Part shown: piece by piece, positions 61,901 to 64,000 of the stretch
Numbering within the stretch: position 1 is the stretch's first letter
Layout of the letters: each line of letters begins with the position of its first letter
Source: Octopus sinensis
Lineage: Eukaryota
Direction of reading: 5' to 3'
Length of the DNA stretch: 64,000 nt
Assembly: GCF_006345805.1 (NCBI RefSeq)
Contig: NC_042999.1
Span: 109,306,001-109,370,000 of the forward strand
The notes under the pieces: model-generated
Database searches by the model: none
Seen by the model: the letters and a program-made list of their open reading frames with translations, nothing else
Told to the model about the DNA's origin: nothing
Translations under genes and position numbers: made by a program

Positions 61901-63657
61901 AAGTCATAAGGAAAAAATCTTTCAGCAAAAGCTTATAGGAGGTGTCTGAAAGCTGTAAGCTGTGTTAAGCTCTATAGGTGAATGTAACATGTAAGCTAAC
62001 GATGAGGATTGTAGGAACATAGATACCCAAAGCAAGTGGGATGGATAGGCGAAGTAAAATTACCTTGCAACTGAATAAAAGTTTGCTAATTAAAACCTTA
62101 CCACAGATATTGCACAAAAGCATGTCCCTTTTTCACCTTAGTCAAGAATGTTTCTATATTGAATTAAGGTTTGAACCATCATCAACATCATCGTTTTGAT
62201 ATCCACATTTCCGTTCTTGCACGGTTTGGATAGGATTTTTGAGACAGATTTTCTGCAGAAAAATACCATTCCTGTCATCAACCCTCATCTGTTTTCAAGT
62301 GAGGTAATATTTCCCCGTGAACAGACATGTTTACATGGAAAACTGGAAATGAAGGACACTGCTTGCATGACAGTAACATTTATTCACACCCACCATGTGA
62401 AAAGTTAAGTAAAGAGACAGTAATACACACACACACGGTTACATATAACAGGCCTCCTTCAACCTCCTTTCACTATATCCACCCATAAACTTTTGTCTGG
62501 CCCAGGGTCTCAGTAGAAATGTCAGTGGGATAAAAATGTGAATGAAAAGTGTTGTAGAAGAATTAAAAAAGTAATGTGGTATCTGTTTTAAATCTTACTC
62601 AAAAAGACATATTTATATGGTTTTAATCTGTATAGTACTTTAATGGAGAAATAAATACTGTAATGCTTGCATCATTATAAAATTATCAACAGTATAAAGG
62701 TTTGTTGTATTTGAATGCTAGTATTAGTAATGATAATTTCCCCAGTTTTTTTTAGGATGAGAGATGTTTTAATTTAATTTAACTGCTACTGTTGAAAAGT
62801 TTTGTAATGCTTATTACAATCACCAAAATAGGCAATAGAATTGTTTTGTGCACTAGAACTGATTGCCAATGATTGTATAAAGCATCTGTTTAAAAAAAAA
62901 ACAGATAATTTTTGTATTCAGTTTTTAGTGTGAAAGAAATATTAAAAAAATGTTTAAAAATTTTTTTATATATGTTTTTTTTTCTTTTTAGCTGTTTATT
63001 ATTAACCAACCGTGCAGTCAGAAGCTAATTTTCATTGATTTTTATGATACAGTAAACATCCGAAATAACAAAAACTCAAGCTAACGGAACATTTGAAAAT
63101 TGTCATTCTGTAGAGAAAATTACCGGTAATGTGCTAATTTGTTTACTTTCAGCTTACACTATTTTAAAAATGTTTTTTTTTTGTTTTTATTGTTTTTCCA
63201 ATTGCTTACTGCAAATTTACCAGCTAATAAAGAAGTATTCATTAAAAACTATTCTTCCAGTATGAGAAAGCAAATATTTATAAGATGATTAAATTTCATC
63301 TTTATTGTGATGGTCTGTGCAAGGAAAGAAAGATCAATCTACAACCTCTTTAAGTTTTTCCATAGTAGGAAAATTTAAAAATTCAACAAAAAAGCTATTG
63401 TCCTTTGTTTCTCATCTTATATTATAAATCAAGTATGGGCAATCTTCTGCACTTTATGATGTTTTGTGAAGTATGAATAATCCCCTTTGCTAACATTCTG
63501 TATCATAATCTGAGTTTTGACTTAAATATTTTTCAATGATTTACTTAATGCAATATAAGGTGTATACTGTATGGCGTATTTTAAATTATTCATTTAATGT
63601 TGTCCCATTTATGACAAAGAATATCTCATAAAACCAGTTGATTTTATATATTATACC

Positions 63658-63983
63658 CAGCAGAAGTGGCTGTGTGGCAAGTAGCTTGCTTACCAACCAC
63701 ATGGTTCCGGATTCAGTCCCACTGTGTGGCATCTTGGGCAAGTGTCTTCTACTATAGCCTCGGGCCAACCAAAGCCTTGTGAGTAGATTTGGTAGGTGGA
63801 AACTGAAAGAAGCCCATCGTATATATGTATATATATATATATGTATGTGTGTGTATGTTTGTGTGTCTGTGTTTGTCCTCCCAACATTGCTTGACAACCA
63901 ATGCTGGTGTGTTTATGTCCCTGTAACTTAGTGGTTTGGCAAAAGAAACTGATAGAATAAGTACTAGGCTTACAAAGAATAAG
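63658..63983 (+). mobile_element. SINE family A (3' end missing)
   Basis: Head, CORE-like segment and body up to ACAAAGAATAAG. Confidence 0.9.
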
Positions 63984-64000
63984 AATAGTGTAAGCTGAAG

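Noticed and set aside
62992-63125. Exon-like segment with good acceptor and donor; possible TAA recoding by editing
   Set aside because: Stops in all three frames; rescue by A-to-I editing is pure speculation without RNA data.

Overview
AT-rich, repeat-dense animal DNA. The SINE and RTE repertoire looks cephalopod, most likely Octopus; this is inferred from recognising the families, not from a search. No host protein-coding gene, rRNA, true tRNA or CRISPR array can be supported, and most ORF-track entries are microsatellite translations or antisense to transposons. Retroelements: a near-full-length but disabled RTE LINE (about 39.7-43.3 kb) with several truncated relatives, two other RTE lineages, two R4/Dong LINE 3' ends at (AAT)n tracts, an L1/Tx1-like remnant, a Penelope GIY-YIG element, a probable solo LTR, and about four tRNA-derived SINE families (called A-D here). 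DNA elements: a decayed hAT transposase, a Helitron helicase fragment with non-autonomous Helitrons, and several MITEs with verifiable TSDs. Most notable structure: (i) minimal hammerhead-ribozyme-like folds at Penelope-type termini; (ii) a 618-bp foldback MITE with an 8-bp TSD and TTAGGG-type repeats in its spacer; (iii) a variable-copy array of double-hairpin units in the RTE 3' UTR; (iv) a C4HC3 PHD-type finger inside the RTE reverse transcriptase; (v) a long palindrome hidden in a TA microsatellite; (vi) recurrent CpG decay, suggesting the window lies in a methylated gene body. I found no well-supported wholly new multi-gene system.
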